Below are positions 1-8,323 of a DNA stretch of 20,000 bases, piece by piece; position 1 is the stretch's first letter, and each line of letters begins with the position of its first letter. The notes under the pieces were generated by a model, which was not told the DNA's origin, did not search any database, and worked only from the letters and a program-made list of their open reading frames with translations. Source of the stretch: an uncultured Methanosarcinales archaeon (GTDB lineage: Archaea > Nanobdellota > Nanobdellia > Woesearchaeales > CAYMBN01); assembly GCA_964388715.1 (NCBI GenBank), contig CAYMBN010000006.1:51167-71166 (forward strand), in the 5' to 3' direction. The position numbers and the translations under genes are program-made.

Positions 1-1830
1 TGCAGTCCTTATAGGGTTTGCAACTACTACAATGTCGGTTGCTTTGAAACTTGTCTTTGGTACACCAATATCATTAACAACCCTATCAAAAACACCGTAA
101 GGTGATTCAGCGTGGATTGTTCCTGCAACTATATTAGCTGCTGCTCCAACTCTCATTGCTTCGTAAAGTGATTTTGCTTCATCACTTCTAACCTCACCAA
201 CTATTAAAGCAGAATCTCCTAAACGAAGTGTTGATCTTATACCTTCTGTGGCACTTACTTCAGCAGAACCTTTTGCGAGTGCACCTGCAACCTTAAGCGG
301 TTGTATGTTAAAACCTAATTTTCTTAATGAAGTTGTTGGAAGTTCTAATGTATCTTCTATTGTAATAACTCTATAACGTCTCATTATTTCTACCATGAGA
401 CTACCAAGTAAAGATGTTTTACCACTACTCCTAGTTCCTGCAATTAACATTGTTCTTGTTCCGTCAACAAGGAAGCTGAGTAAACCAGCTGCTAAAGGAG
501 TTAACATTTTTACGTTCATGAATAATGGAAGTGTCCATGGTTTATCTCTATGACGTCTAAAAGAGAAAGCAAGACCATAAGGATCAAGAGGTTGTGTAAT
601 TGCAGATACTCTTGCACTTGCACTAGGAAGAAGTAATTCTGTGTCAAGGATTTGGTTTGCTTCGTCTAAAGGTCGACCAGATATCATTCTTAGTTTAGAA
701 GCCCAGCTTTCTGCTTCTGTATTTGTAGGAGTTATATTAGTAAAACAATCACCATAATCCTGGTGTACAACAAACATTGGAATTTGGCCAAGTGGAGAGT
801 TGATTGATATATCTTGAATCTTTTCATCATTTAGTAATACTTCTATTAATCCAAATCCAACTGTGTATCTAACTAATATTTCTGTTAATTCATCTATCTC
901 TTTTTCACGCATGTTTATTTTTCTGTGCTCAACTAATTCTTCTATTAAATCATGGCCTACATTGTAGAAAACTTCTCTCATACGTTTTGGGTCAACAAAT
1001 TCAGAGCGTTTTGGTTTATGTTCTGCCATTATCCTTCTTGCTGTATCTAGTATTTCATACTTTTCTTCTGTTAATGTGAATTCTGGTGGCATTAGATGGT
1101 ATAAATAACGTGTTGAATTAGGAAAAGAAAAGATTGTTACTTCTGTATTGCCAACAGAATAATTGTCAAGCTCTTCTCCGTTGGTTGGATAAGACGCCAT
1201 TAGTTTTGTGAACATAAAGTCTGGTTTTACTGTTGGAGAAAATATTTGTCTATATATTGTTCTGTCACCAATTTTGTAACCTGCTAGGTTTGGTTTTGCA
1301 ATCTTTATTAGAGCTGTTTTTTCAAATTGATCAATTAAAAATTTAAGAATTGATATAAATTTTTCAATACAGGCGTGGCATCTTTCATCAATTAGATTTT
1401 GGAGGTTTATTTTTTCTTTTCTCAATAATCTTTTTACCTCAACATAACTGCCAAGAGGATCAGTTTTCATTAATCTAAATAATAAATTTTGTATTTTAGT
1501 GTACCTTGTATTATAACAACGTGTGCAACCTTCAACAAAAGTGCCCATGCTGTGGTAAGAAAGTAATGTTTTTTGTTTAAGTAAACGGTTGTATAACTTA
1601 GATATTTCAGCTAATAGTTGTGTTTGGTGAAAATCATATTCAAAATCACGTTTTTGAGTAAAAATTATTTTAGTAACATTACCTGCTTCGGCAAGAATTT
1701 CAATTGTTTTTGCCATGACAGTAGGATTATCTTCAATACTTGGTAAATAAAGAAGTTTTTCGCAATCTATTCTAAGGATATTTTCGTCTCCTTCACGAAT
1801 AATCTCATAATCCCATAACTTTGGTTTCAA
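1..1830 (-). CDS. Type II/IV secretion-system (VirB11/FlaI/TadA-like) ATPase; C-terminus truncated by the window edge
   Basis: Not in the ORF track because there is no stop codon inside the window. Segments translated by hand in one minus-strand frame from TTG at 1830 (SD GAGGTG just upstream) give MKPKLWDYEIIREGDENILRIDCE..., Walker A (MLIAGTRSSGKTSLL), Asp box (RVITIEDTLELP), Walker B (LRLGDSALIVGEVRS) and His box (VAGTIHAESP). The frame reaches base 1. Confidence 0.9.
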   Translation of the reverse strand, partial: MKPKLWDYEIIREGDENILRIDCEKLLYLPSIEDNPTVMAKTIEILAEAGNVTKIIFTQKRDFEYDFHQTQLLAEISKLYNRLLKQKTLLSYHSMGTFVEGCTRCYNTRYTKIQNLLFRLMKTDPLGSYVEVKRLLRKEKINLQNLIDERCHACIEKFISILKFLIDQFEKTALIKIAKPNLAGYKIGDRTIYRQIFSPTVKPDFMFTKLMASYPTNGEELDNYSVGNTEVTIFSFPNSTRYLYHLMPPEFTLTEEKYEILDTARRIMAEHKPKRSEFVDPKRMREVFYNVGHDLIEELVEHRKINMREKEIDELTEILVRYTVGFGLIEVLLNDEKIQDISINSPLGQIPMFVVHQDYGDCFTNITPTNTEAESWASKLRMISGRPLDEANQILDTELLLPSASARVSAITQPLDPYGLAFSFRRHRDKPWTLPLFMNVKMLTPLAAGLLSFLVDGTRTMLIAGTRSSGKTSLLGSLMVEIMRRYRVITIEDTLELPTTSLRKLGFNIQPLKVAGALAKGSAEVSATEGIRSTLRLGDSALIVGEVRSDEAKSLYEAMRVGAAANIVAGTIHAESPYGVFDRVVNDIGVPKTSFKATDIVVVANPIRTA

Positions 1831-1922
1831 TAAAAAACACCTCTCTTTTTAGTATACTACTCATGAATACTCCACAAAGTATAATAAAGGTAAATACTAA
1901 ATACTAAAAAATTAATTAAATA

Positions 1923-1930
1923 TTTAAACT
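1923..1930 (+). promoter_or_regulatory. Putative TATA box for the 1954/2399 genes (leaderless spacing)
   Basis: TTTAAACT ends 23 nt before ATG 1954. The overlapping bases 1921-1928 read TTTAAATA on the minus strand and could serve the divergent ATPase. Confidence 0.5.
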
Positions 1931-1953
1931 TTTAGGTAATAATACTAATTAAA

Positions 1954-2364
1954 ATGGCTAATACAAAACAAAAAGGGTTATTTCATCATTCTTCGCAACC
2001 AGATACTGTTTTGGTTAACTTTAATAATCAAATCAATGATGTAAGTAGAAGATTAAGAATACTTGAAGAAAGGTATACTAATATAAGAAGAAAGGGTCAA
2101 GTTGTTGAACAAAATATGCTGTCAGAAAATAAAAAAGTTAATACAGAAATCAAAACTGTGAATTCTGATATAAGTGATTTGAAACGGGGAATAGCTGAAC
2201 TTAAATCAAAGATGATGTTAATAGTGAAAGAATTGCAACTTTGTGCTAAAAAAGAGGATGTACAAGTACTTGAAAAATACATTAATTTATGGGAACCTAT
2301 TAACTTTGTTACATCTAATGAAGTCGAGAAGATTGTTAAGAGTATGATAGAAAAGTTTAAATAA
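1954..2364 (+). CDS. Hypothetical coiled-coil protein (136 aa)
   Basis: Long heptad-like helical region (INDVSRRLRILEERYTNIRRK...ISDLKRGIAELKSKM); no TM segment; TATA-like box upstream. Confidence 0.8.
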   Translation: MANTKQKGLFHHSSQPDTVLVNFNNQINDVSRRLRILEERYTNIRRKGQVVEQNMLSENKKVNTEIKTVNSDISDLKRGIAELKSKMMLIVKELQLCAKKEDVQVLEKYINLWEPINFVTSNEVEKIVKSMIEKFK

Positions 2365-2398
2365 GTATAATATAATAAATATATAAAAAGGTGATTAG

Positions 2399-3058
2399 AT
2401 GGCTCTTTTTAAGAAAAAAGCAAGTGCAGGGGAGTTTGAGAATGATATTTTTAAACCCTCTTCAACAGAAGGTTTACCAACAGATCTTGTTCTTGCAATG
2501 AAGAAACAAGGACTTTCCAATAATCAAATTGTTCAAAATCTTCAAAGAGAAGGATATACTTCTGAACAAATATTTGATGCTATGAATCAAGCTGATTTAA
2601 AGTATGGTGTTAAAGATATTTCAACTCAGGATGTTAATACTGGATCTGAACCAGATAAAAGTCAATTTGAACAACCACAACCAATGCCACAACAAGCTGT
2701 TCAAGCACAACAACCATATTATGAGACATCTTCTGATAAAGAAAGGATAGAAGAGATAGCTGAGGCTATTATTGATGAAAAATGGGCTGATTTAATTAAA
2801 AATGTTGATAAAATAGTAGCTTGGAAAGAAAAAACAGAAGCTAAAATAACTAGAATTGAACAAGAATTTGCAGATTTAAAACATAACTTTGATAATCTAA
2901 ATAAAGCTATTATTGGTAAGATTAATGATTATGATAAAGGACTTGCTAATGTTGGAACTGAAGTAAAGGCATTAGAAAAAGTGTTCCAAAAAGTATTGCC
3001 AACATTAACTGAAAATGTTAATGAATTATCAAGAATTACTAAGAAAATCAAGAAGTAA
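2399..3058 (+). CDS. Hypothetical protein: small N-terminal helical domain, Q/P-rich linker, C-terminal coiled coil (219 aa)
   Basis: SD AGGTGA at 2389-2394; segment MKKQGLSNNQIVQNLQREGYTSEQIFDAM; linker QPQPMPQQAVQAQQP; C-terminal heptad repeats. Confidence 0.85.
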   Translation: MALFKKKASAGEFENDIFKPSSTEGLPTDLVLAMKKQGLSNNQIVQNLQREGYTSEQIFDAMNQADLKYGVKDISTQDVNTGSEPDKSQFEQPQPMPQQAVQAQQPYYETSSDKERIEEIAEAIIDEKWADLIKNVDKIVAWKEKTEAKITRIEQEFADLKHNFDNLNKAIIGKINDYDKGLANVGTEVKALEKVFQKVLPTLTENVNELSRITKKIKK

Positions 3059-3061
3059 AAA

Positions 3062-3604
3062 TTAAGGTTGTTTACTTACTTCTCCTGCCATTAATTTTAT
3101 TGTAAATACACAGATTAATAAAACAAAAATTAATCCAAGTAGTTTTGGATGAAAAAAGCTTGTCCAAAAACTTTGTTCAAATCCTTCTGTGGATCCAGTA
3201 GTTGTTTCTGTAAGGTCCATAAGTCCACCACCGTAAACATTTGCAAGTGCAATGACTAAGATTAATATTGAAAAAGTGATAATCCAATACATAACAGATT
3301 TATCTTTAACTGCTTCTCTTATTTTAGCATCTTCTGTACCAAATATTTTAAAAATAAGTAGTAAGAAGATTAAAAATATAAATACAAGAACAAACCAAGG
3401 AACCATTTGTTTAATAACTTCCATTACATTTCCTGAAAATAGTGCGAAAACTCCTACACATAAACCAATTAGGATATTAATACCTTGATTTTTACCAAGA
3501 AATCCTGTAAATTGTAGTATTGCATATACAATTAACCAAACAAAAATAAAACCAAAAATGGTTGTTAGGTTTTGTAATAAACCAAGATCAATTAAAGTAG
3601 CCAT
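3062..3604 (-). CDS. Uncharacterised ~5-TM membrane protein, paralog 3 (start reassigned to ATG 3604, 180 aa)
   Basis: Five hydrophobic segments. N-terminal FGFIFVWLIVYAILQFTGFLG matches the motif of the two upstream genes. ATG 3604 lies 1 nt after the upstream stop codon, whereas the track's start at 3634 is a TTG inside the previous gene. Confidence 0.8.
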   Translation of the reverse strand: MATLIDLGLLQNLTTIFGFIFVWLIVYAILQFTGFLGKNQGINILIGLCVGVFALFSGNVMEVIKQMVPWFVLVFIFLIFLLLIFKIFGTEDAKIREAVKDKSVMYWIITFSILILVIALANVYGGGLMDLTETTTGSTEGFEQSFWTSFFHPKLLGLIFVLLICVFTIKLMAGEVSKQP

Positions 3605-3605
3605 T

Positions 3606-4214
3606 TTACTTTTTTCCGCCAAAATAGTTTCCAATATCGTTCACAAGGTTACCCATTCTCACTGCGCCTTCACCTTTAGTGTCTGGTTTAGTGATATACC
3701 AGATAATTACACCAAATATTAGGACCATGATTATTATAGCTACCGAATCTGAACCAAAGAAATTGTTAAACCAACCCCATGATCCTTTACGTCCCCACCA
3801 TCCTGCTGCGCCACCAAAGATGTAGATAATAATTATAAAAGATGCTATTGCTATCCATCCTGATAATGAAGCACCAAGCCATCTTGATTCTGCTCCAAAT
3901 AAACCAATTAGGATTAATAACATAACAAATGCTACTGCTACAATTGATACATTAGGTAATGCTTTATTCAGCATTTCAACAACATCTGTTCCACCTGGAT
4001 AAGAGCCTGTAACGTGTGGAATTACAACACTAAGTGCTAAAACTAGTGCGATTACAACGTTAAAATTCTTTTTTCCGTCACCTAAAATTTTGGTTTTTTG
4101 CAGTATTGCAAAAACAATTGTGAATATTAATAAAAAAGGTAATAGAACATCTGTTAGGCCCCAAGATTCAAGCATTTTCATGAAACCTTCAAGTTGATAA
4201 GCATTTGATGGCAT
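3606..4214 (-). CDS. Uncharacterised ~5-TM membrane protein, paralog 2 (202 aa)
   Basis: SD GAGGTG upstream; motif GLTDVLLPFLLIFTIVFAILQKTKILG...KKNFNVVIA; five hydrophobic segments. Confidence 0.85.
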   Translation of the reverse strand: MPSNAYQLEGFMKMLESWGLTDVLLPFLLIFTIVFAILQKTKILGDGKKNFNVVIALVLALSVVIPHVTGSYPGGTDVVEMLNKALPNVSIVAVAFVMLLILIGLFGAESRWLGASLSGWIAIASFIIIIYIFGGAAGWWGRKGSWGWFNNFFGSDSVAIIIMVLIFGVIIWYITKPDTKGEGAVRMGNLVNDIGNYFGGKK

Positions 4215-4235
4215 TTACAACACCTCTTTTCATAT

Positions 4236-4814
4236 TTATTTTTTTGAGGAAACAGCACTCCTCTCTTTTGGATTTATTATATATATCATAAATAAAATTA
4301 CGACAATAACTAGGATAACTGAACCAGCTAATTTACCTGTCATCCAGTGGTCTTCTAAATATTCCCAGAACCATTCTAGCCACGATTCTCCGCTTTTAGT
4401 AGGGATGGCATGTAAAAATATAATTACAATTGCAATGAACATAATAATCATGAAAAACTTTCTCCAAGGTCCTTCAAGGAAAACATCTTCACCTTGTCTA
4501 TAAAATGAACCAATTAGTAAAAGGAAACATATTGATAATAAAAGTAATATTACAATATTTCCAACTGCTTCATTAATAGCTGAAACAAGTCTTGTTGAGG
4601 CAACAACAATAAATGCAATAACAAAAGCAATCATTGCATTAAGGTTTTTCTTTGTGTATTCTTTGCCATCAAAGGTATCTACTCCTAAAATTTTGGTTTT
4701 TTCTAGTATTGCAAATACCATTGTAAAAACAAGAATAAAAGGTAGAATTACATCGTATACACCTATATCTTCAAAAAATTCAATAATACTTCTAAACACC
4801 GTCTCTTTTACCAT
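4236..4814 (-). CDS. Uncharacterised ~5-TM membrane protein, paralog 1 (192 aa)
   Basis: Motif GVYDVILPFILVFTMVFAILEKTKILG...KKNLNAMIA; five hydrophobic segments; BRE-TATA upstream. Confidence 0.85.
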   Translation of the reverse strand: MVKETVFRSIIEFFEDIGVYDVILPFILVFTMVFAILEKTKILGVDTFDGKEYTKKNLNAMIAFVIAFIVVASTRLVSAINEAVGNIVILLLLSICFLLLIGSFYRQGEDVFLEGPWRKFFMIIMFIAIVIIFLHAIPTKSGESWLEWFWEYLEDHWMTGKLAGSVILVIVVILFMIYIINPKERSAVSSKK

Positions 4815-4839
4815 TATTCTTTATTTAATATAATTGTGG

Positions 4840-4854
4840 TATTTAAAGGTTTCG
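4840..4854 (-). promoter_or_regulatory. Archaeal BRE + TATA promoter for the triple membrane-protein operon
   Basis: Minus strand reads CGAAA-CC-TTTAAATA, ending 25 nt before ATG 4814. Confidence 0.7.
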
Positions 4855-4895
4855 GTTTAGAAATGTCGGAAATTTTTAACAAAAATTTATGAGCA

Positions 4896-4926
4896 TTCTC
4901 AAAAACACTCATTGAGTTTTTGAGAA
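4896..4926. repeat. Imperfect inverted repeat (13-bp stem, 2-nt bulge, 3-nt loop)
   Basis: TTCTCAAAA-ac-ACTC-att-GAGT-TTTTGAGAA, directly upstream of the TATA box at 4929. Confidence 0.7.
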
Positions 4927-4928
4927 GA

Positions 4929-4936
4929 TTTATAAA
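4929..4936 (+). promoter_or_regulatory. TATA box for the translin-aspS operon
   Basis: TTTATAAA ends 24 nt before ATG 4961; the gene has no SD. Confidence 0.65.
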
Positions 4937-4960
4937 TAAGCACGGTAATCTTATAATAAA

Positions 4961-5539
4961 ATGTTAAATAAAAAGGATCTAAATGAGATGAAAGCTGAGA
5001 TGGCTAATTTTGATTTAAATAGAGAAAAGGTTATTAAGAAAGCAAGAGACGTTATTAAATTAAGCAAAAAGATTATTTATTCTATTCATAGGAATAATAT
5101 TGATGAAGGACTTATTAAGGAAATTAAAAAAGAGAAAGAAGAACTTGAAAAGTATATAAAAAAGAATAAAGGGTTATATTATGAAGGTTCTTTTAAAGTT
5201 GCTATACAAGAATATGTTGAAGCAATGCTTTATTATGGATTTGTGAAAAGTAAGAAGGTTTTTTCAAGAAAAGAGCTTGAAGTACAAAGTTATTATTATT
5301 TGCTTGGATTATGTGATTTAAGTGGTGAACTTGTAAGAAGAGCTATACATTCTGCTACAGCTGGAAAATACAAAGATGTTGAGGTCATTAGAAATCTCGT
5401 TGATGACATTTATGGTACTTTACTTGAATTTAATATAAGAGAAAATGAATTAAGGAAAAAATTTGATTCAATTAAATATGATATTAAAAAACTTGATGAT
5501 CTTAATTATGATTTGAAAGTTAAAAGAAAAGTAAAATAA
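4961..5539 (+). CDS. Translin/TRAX (archaeal C3PO) family RNase
   Basis: All-helical 192-aa protein with REKVIKKARDVIKLSKKIIYSIH, QEYVEA and YLLGLCDLSGELVRRA. The acidic catalytic pattern (ExxE, DxxGE) is intact. Confidence 0.88.
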   Translation: MLNKKDLNEMKAEMANFDLNREKVIKKARDVIKLSKKIIYSIHRNNIDEGLIKEIKKEKEELEKYIKKNKGLYYEGSFKVAIQEYVEAMLYYGFVKSKKVFSRKELEVQSYYYLLGLCDLSGELVRRAIHSATAGKYKDVEVIRNLVDDIYGTLLEFNIRENELRKKFDSIKYDIKKLDDLNYDLKVKRKVK

Positions 5540-5552
5540 TAAGGGTGTTTTC

Positions 5553-7274
5553 ATGTTAAGAACTCATACTTGTGGTGAACTTACCAAAAAGAATATTGGT
5601 AAAAAAGTTGAATTATGTGGTTGGTTAGATAGTAAAAGAGAACATGGGAATGTTACTTTTGTTAATTTAAGGGACCGATATGGTGTAACACAGGTTGTTT
5701 TTAATGAAAGTGTTCGTGACCTTAAAAATGAGTTTGTTCTAAGAGTTAAAGGTACTGTTAAAAAAAGGCCCGAATCTAATAAAAAATTAAAAACAGGTGA
5801 AATTGAAGTTGAAGTTAATAGTTATGACATTCTTAATAAGTGTGATGTTTTACCTCTTGATTTGAGTGGACAAGTTGAATCTACAGAAGAAACAAGAATG
5901 AAGTATAGGTATCTTGATTTGAGAAGACCAGAAATACAAAAGTTTTTTGTGATAAGGGATAAAGCAATACTTAGTGCAATGAATTTCATGAATAATAATA
6001 ATTTTATTCATCTTGAAACACCTTTATTAGTTAAGGCAACACCAGAAGGAGCTAGAGATTATATTGTTCCAAGTAGAGTTAATAAAGGAAAATTTTATGC
6101 ATTGCCTCAAAGTCCACAGTTGTATAAACAAATTCTTATGGTTGCTGGTTTTGATCGTTATTATCAAATTGCTCGTTGTTTAAGAGATGAAGATTTAAGA
6201 TCTGATAGACAACCAGAACATACACAAATTGATATTGAAATGAGTTTTATTGAAGCAGAAGATTTATATAAATTAGTTGAAGGTTTAATGAAAGCTATAT
6301 TTAAAGAGGGAATTGGTTTTGATGTTAAAGTTCCATTTAAGAGATTTACTTATGATGAAGCAATGAATAGATTTGGTTCTGACAAGCCCGATATAAGATT
6401 TGGTTTGGAGCTTGTTGATGTTTCCGATATAATGAAAAAAAGTGAATTTGGAATTTTTAAATCAGTGATTGAGTCTGGTGGAAATGTTAAATGTATTAAT
6501 GCAAAAGGTTGTGGAAAATTTTCAAGGAAAGAAGTTGATGAACTTGAAAAAGTTGCTAAAACATACCATGCAAAAGGTTTGGTTAGAATTAAGATGATTG
6601 ATAAGTTAGAAGGAACAGTTGTGAAGTTTTTTAGTGAGAAAGTACAAAAAGAATTAATTAAAAAAACTGAGGCAAAAAATGGAGATTTGTTACTGTTAAT
6701 AGCAGATAATTTTAAGACTTGTTCAGAAGCTCTTGGACAAGTGAGAATATTTTTAAGAGATAAACTTAATCTGATTAAGAAAGAAGAGTTTTCATTTTGC
6801 TGGGTTGATAATTTTCCATTATTTGCTTGGAATGAAGAAGAAAAAAGATGGGAACCAGAACATCATATGTTTACAATGCCACAAAAAGAATTTATTAAAG
6901 ATTTTGAAAAAAGACCTGGTAATGTAAAAGGTGTTTTATGGGATTTAACATTAAATGGAATTGAACTTGGCTCTGGTTCAATACGTGTTTCTGATCCAGT
7001 ATTACAAGAGAGAATAATGAATTTTATTGGACTTCCTAAAAAAGAAGCTCATAAAAAGTTTGGTTTCTTGCTTGATGCTTATAAGTATGGTGGACCTGTA
7101 CATGGAGGAATTGGTCTTGGTTTTGATAGAATGATTGCATTAATGTGTGGTTTAACTGATATAAGAGAAATCATTTTGTTCCCTAAAAATAAGGATGCGG
7201 CATGTTTAATGGATGATTCTCCTGGTGAAGTTGATAGAAAACAGTTAGATGAAGTTGGAATAAAATTAAAGTGA
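5553..7274 (+). CDS. aspS: Aspartyl-tRNA synthetase, bacterial type with GAD insertion domain
   Basis: MLRTHTCGEL N-terminus, TPEGARDYIVPSR, ALPQSPQLYKQILM, RDEDLRSDRQPE, HGGIGLGFDR; 573 aa; SD GGGTG at 5543-5547. Confidence 0.96.
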   Translation: MLRTHTCGELTKKNIGKKVELCGWLDSKREHGNVTFVNLRDRYGVTQVVFNESVRDLKNEFVLRVKGTVKKRPESNKKLKTGEIEVEVNSYDILNKCDVLPLDLSGQVESTEETRMKYRYLDLRRPEIQKFFVIRDKAILSAMNFMNNNNFIHLETPLLVKATPEGARDYIVPSRVNKGKFYALPQSPQLYKQILMVAGFDRYYQIARCLRDEDLRSDRQPEHTQIDIEMSFIEAEDLYKLVEGLMKAIFKEGIGFDVKVPFKRFTYDEAMNRFGSDKPDIRFGLELVDVSDIMKKSEFGIFKSVIESGGNVKCINAKGCGKFSRKEVDELEKVAKTYHAKGLVRIKMIDKLEGTVVKFFSEKVQKELIKKTEAKNGDLLLLIADNFKTCSEALGQVRIFLRDKLNLIKKEEFSFCWVDNFPLFAWNEEEKRWEPEHHMFTMPQKEFIKDFEKRPGNVKGVLWDLTLNGIELGSGSIRVSDPVLQERIMNFIGLPKKEAHKKFGFLLDAYKYGGPVHGGIGLGFDRMIALMCGLTDIREIILFPKNKDAACLMDDSPGEVDRKQLDEVGIKLK

Positions 7275-8318
7275 TTTTCCTTTCTTGATTTTTTCCCTTA
7301 ACCTTTCCATAAATTTTTGCATATAGTAAAGATTATGGTAAGATTTTAAGATGTATGCATTTGGTTCGTTAATTTTTGTTAAGTAACGGATGTATGCTCT
7401 GCTGTAGTTTTTACAAACAAAGCAGTTGCAGTTTGAGTCAATTGGTTTTTTATCATTTTGGAAGGCTTTGTTTGTGATTTTAAGAATCCCTTTACTTGTT
7501 AACATGAAATTGTGTCTTGCAACTTGTGTTGGATAAACAGAGTCAAAACAATCAATACCTTGTTTTACTGCTTGAATAATATCATCAGGGTGACCAATAC
7601 CCATTGTGTAACGTAATTTATTTTCTGGTAATAAAGAAGTTGTTTTCATTGAGTCATATGTCTTTTTTTGTGGTTCACCTATTGCTAAACCACCAAGTGC
7701 GTAGCCGTCAAAGTCTAGTGATGTTATTTGTTGGATGGATTTTTTTCTGAGGTCTTTATGGAATCCTCCTTGGCAGATTCCAAAAAGTAGTTGTTTCTTG
7801 TTTTTATGGAATTGTTTACAGAGTTTAGCCCATTCATAAGTTTTGTTTAATGAGTAAAGTACTTGTGATCTGTTTTGGTTTGGTAGTGGCATTAAGTCAA
7901 GAACCATTGCAATATCACTTGCTATTGTGTTTTGGTTTTGCATACATTCTTTTGGAGTTAATAAATGATGTGAACCATCGAAAGGACTTTTGAAATGAAT
8001 GCCTTTATCTGTTATCTTTTGACAGAAATCTCTTATTACTTGGAAACCGCCTGAGTCAGTGAAGATTATGTCTTTGTAGTTCATGAATTTGTGAAGTCCA
8101 CCATGTTTTTTTATTAGTTGATTTCCTGGTTTTAATGAAAGAAGAAGAGAGTTTGCTATGATTGCTTTTGCGCCGATTGTATTAAGTTGTTCTGATAGAA
8201 CATGTCTTGGAGCTGCTTTTGTTGCAACTGGCATAAAAAAAGGAGTTTCTATCTTCTTGTTGTTTACTTTGAATATTCCTGTACGTGCTTTACCTAAGTT
8301 GTGAGTGATTTTTAGCAT
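7266..8318 (-). CDS. tgt: tRNA-guanine transglycosylase, bacterial (queuosine/G34) type
   Basis: TPFFMPVAT, TDSGGFQV, DIAMVLD, FGICQGG, GGLAIGE, YTMGIG, DCFDSVYPT and Zn site CNCFVC...HN; 350 aa with no C-terminal PUA extension. Confidence 0.93.
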   Translation of the reverse strand: MLKITHNLGKARTGIFKVNNKKIETPFFMPVATKAAPRHVLSEQLNTIGAKAIIANSLLLSLKPGNQLIKKHGGLHKFMNYKDIIFTDSGGFQVIRDFCQKITDKGIHFKSPFDGSHHLLTPKECMQNQNTIASDIAMVLDLMPLPNQNRSQVLYSLNKTYEWAKLCKQFHKNKKQLLFGICQGGFHKDLRKKSIQQITSLDFDGYALGGLAIGEPQKKTYDSMKTTSLLPENKLRYTMGIGHPDDIIQAVKQGIDCFDSVYPTQVARHNFMLTSKGILKITNKAFQNDKKPIDSNCNCFVCKNYSRAYIRYLTKINEPNAYILKSYHNLYYMQKFMERLREKIKKGKSL

Positions 8319-8323
8319 AGAAA

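Noticed and set aside
1891..1908. Short direct repeat TAAATAC-TAAATAC-TAAA in the divergent promoter region
   Set aside because: Only about 2.5 copies of an AT-rich heptamer, expected by chance at this composition. There are no spacers, so it is not CRISPR.
3605..3634. Track start at 3634 for the third membrane paralog
   Set aside because: It is a TTG inside the upstream gene. ATG 3604, right after the upstream stop, fits the paralog alignment better.
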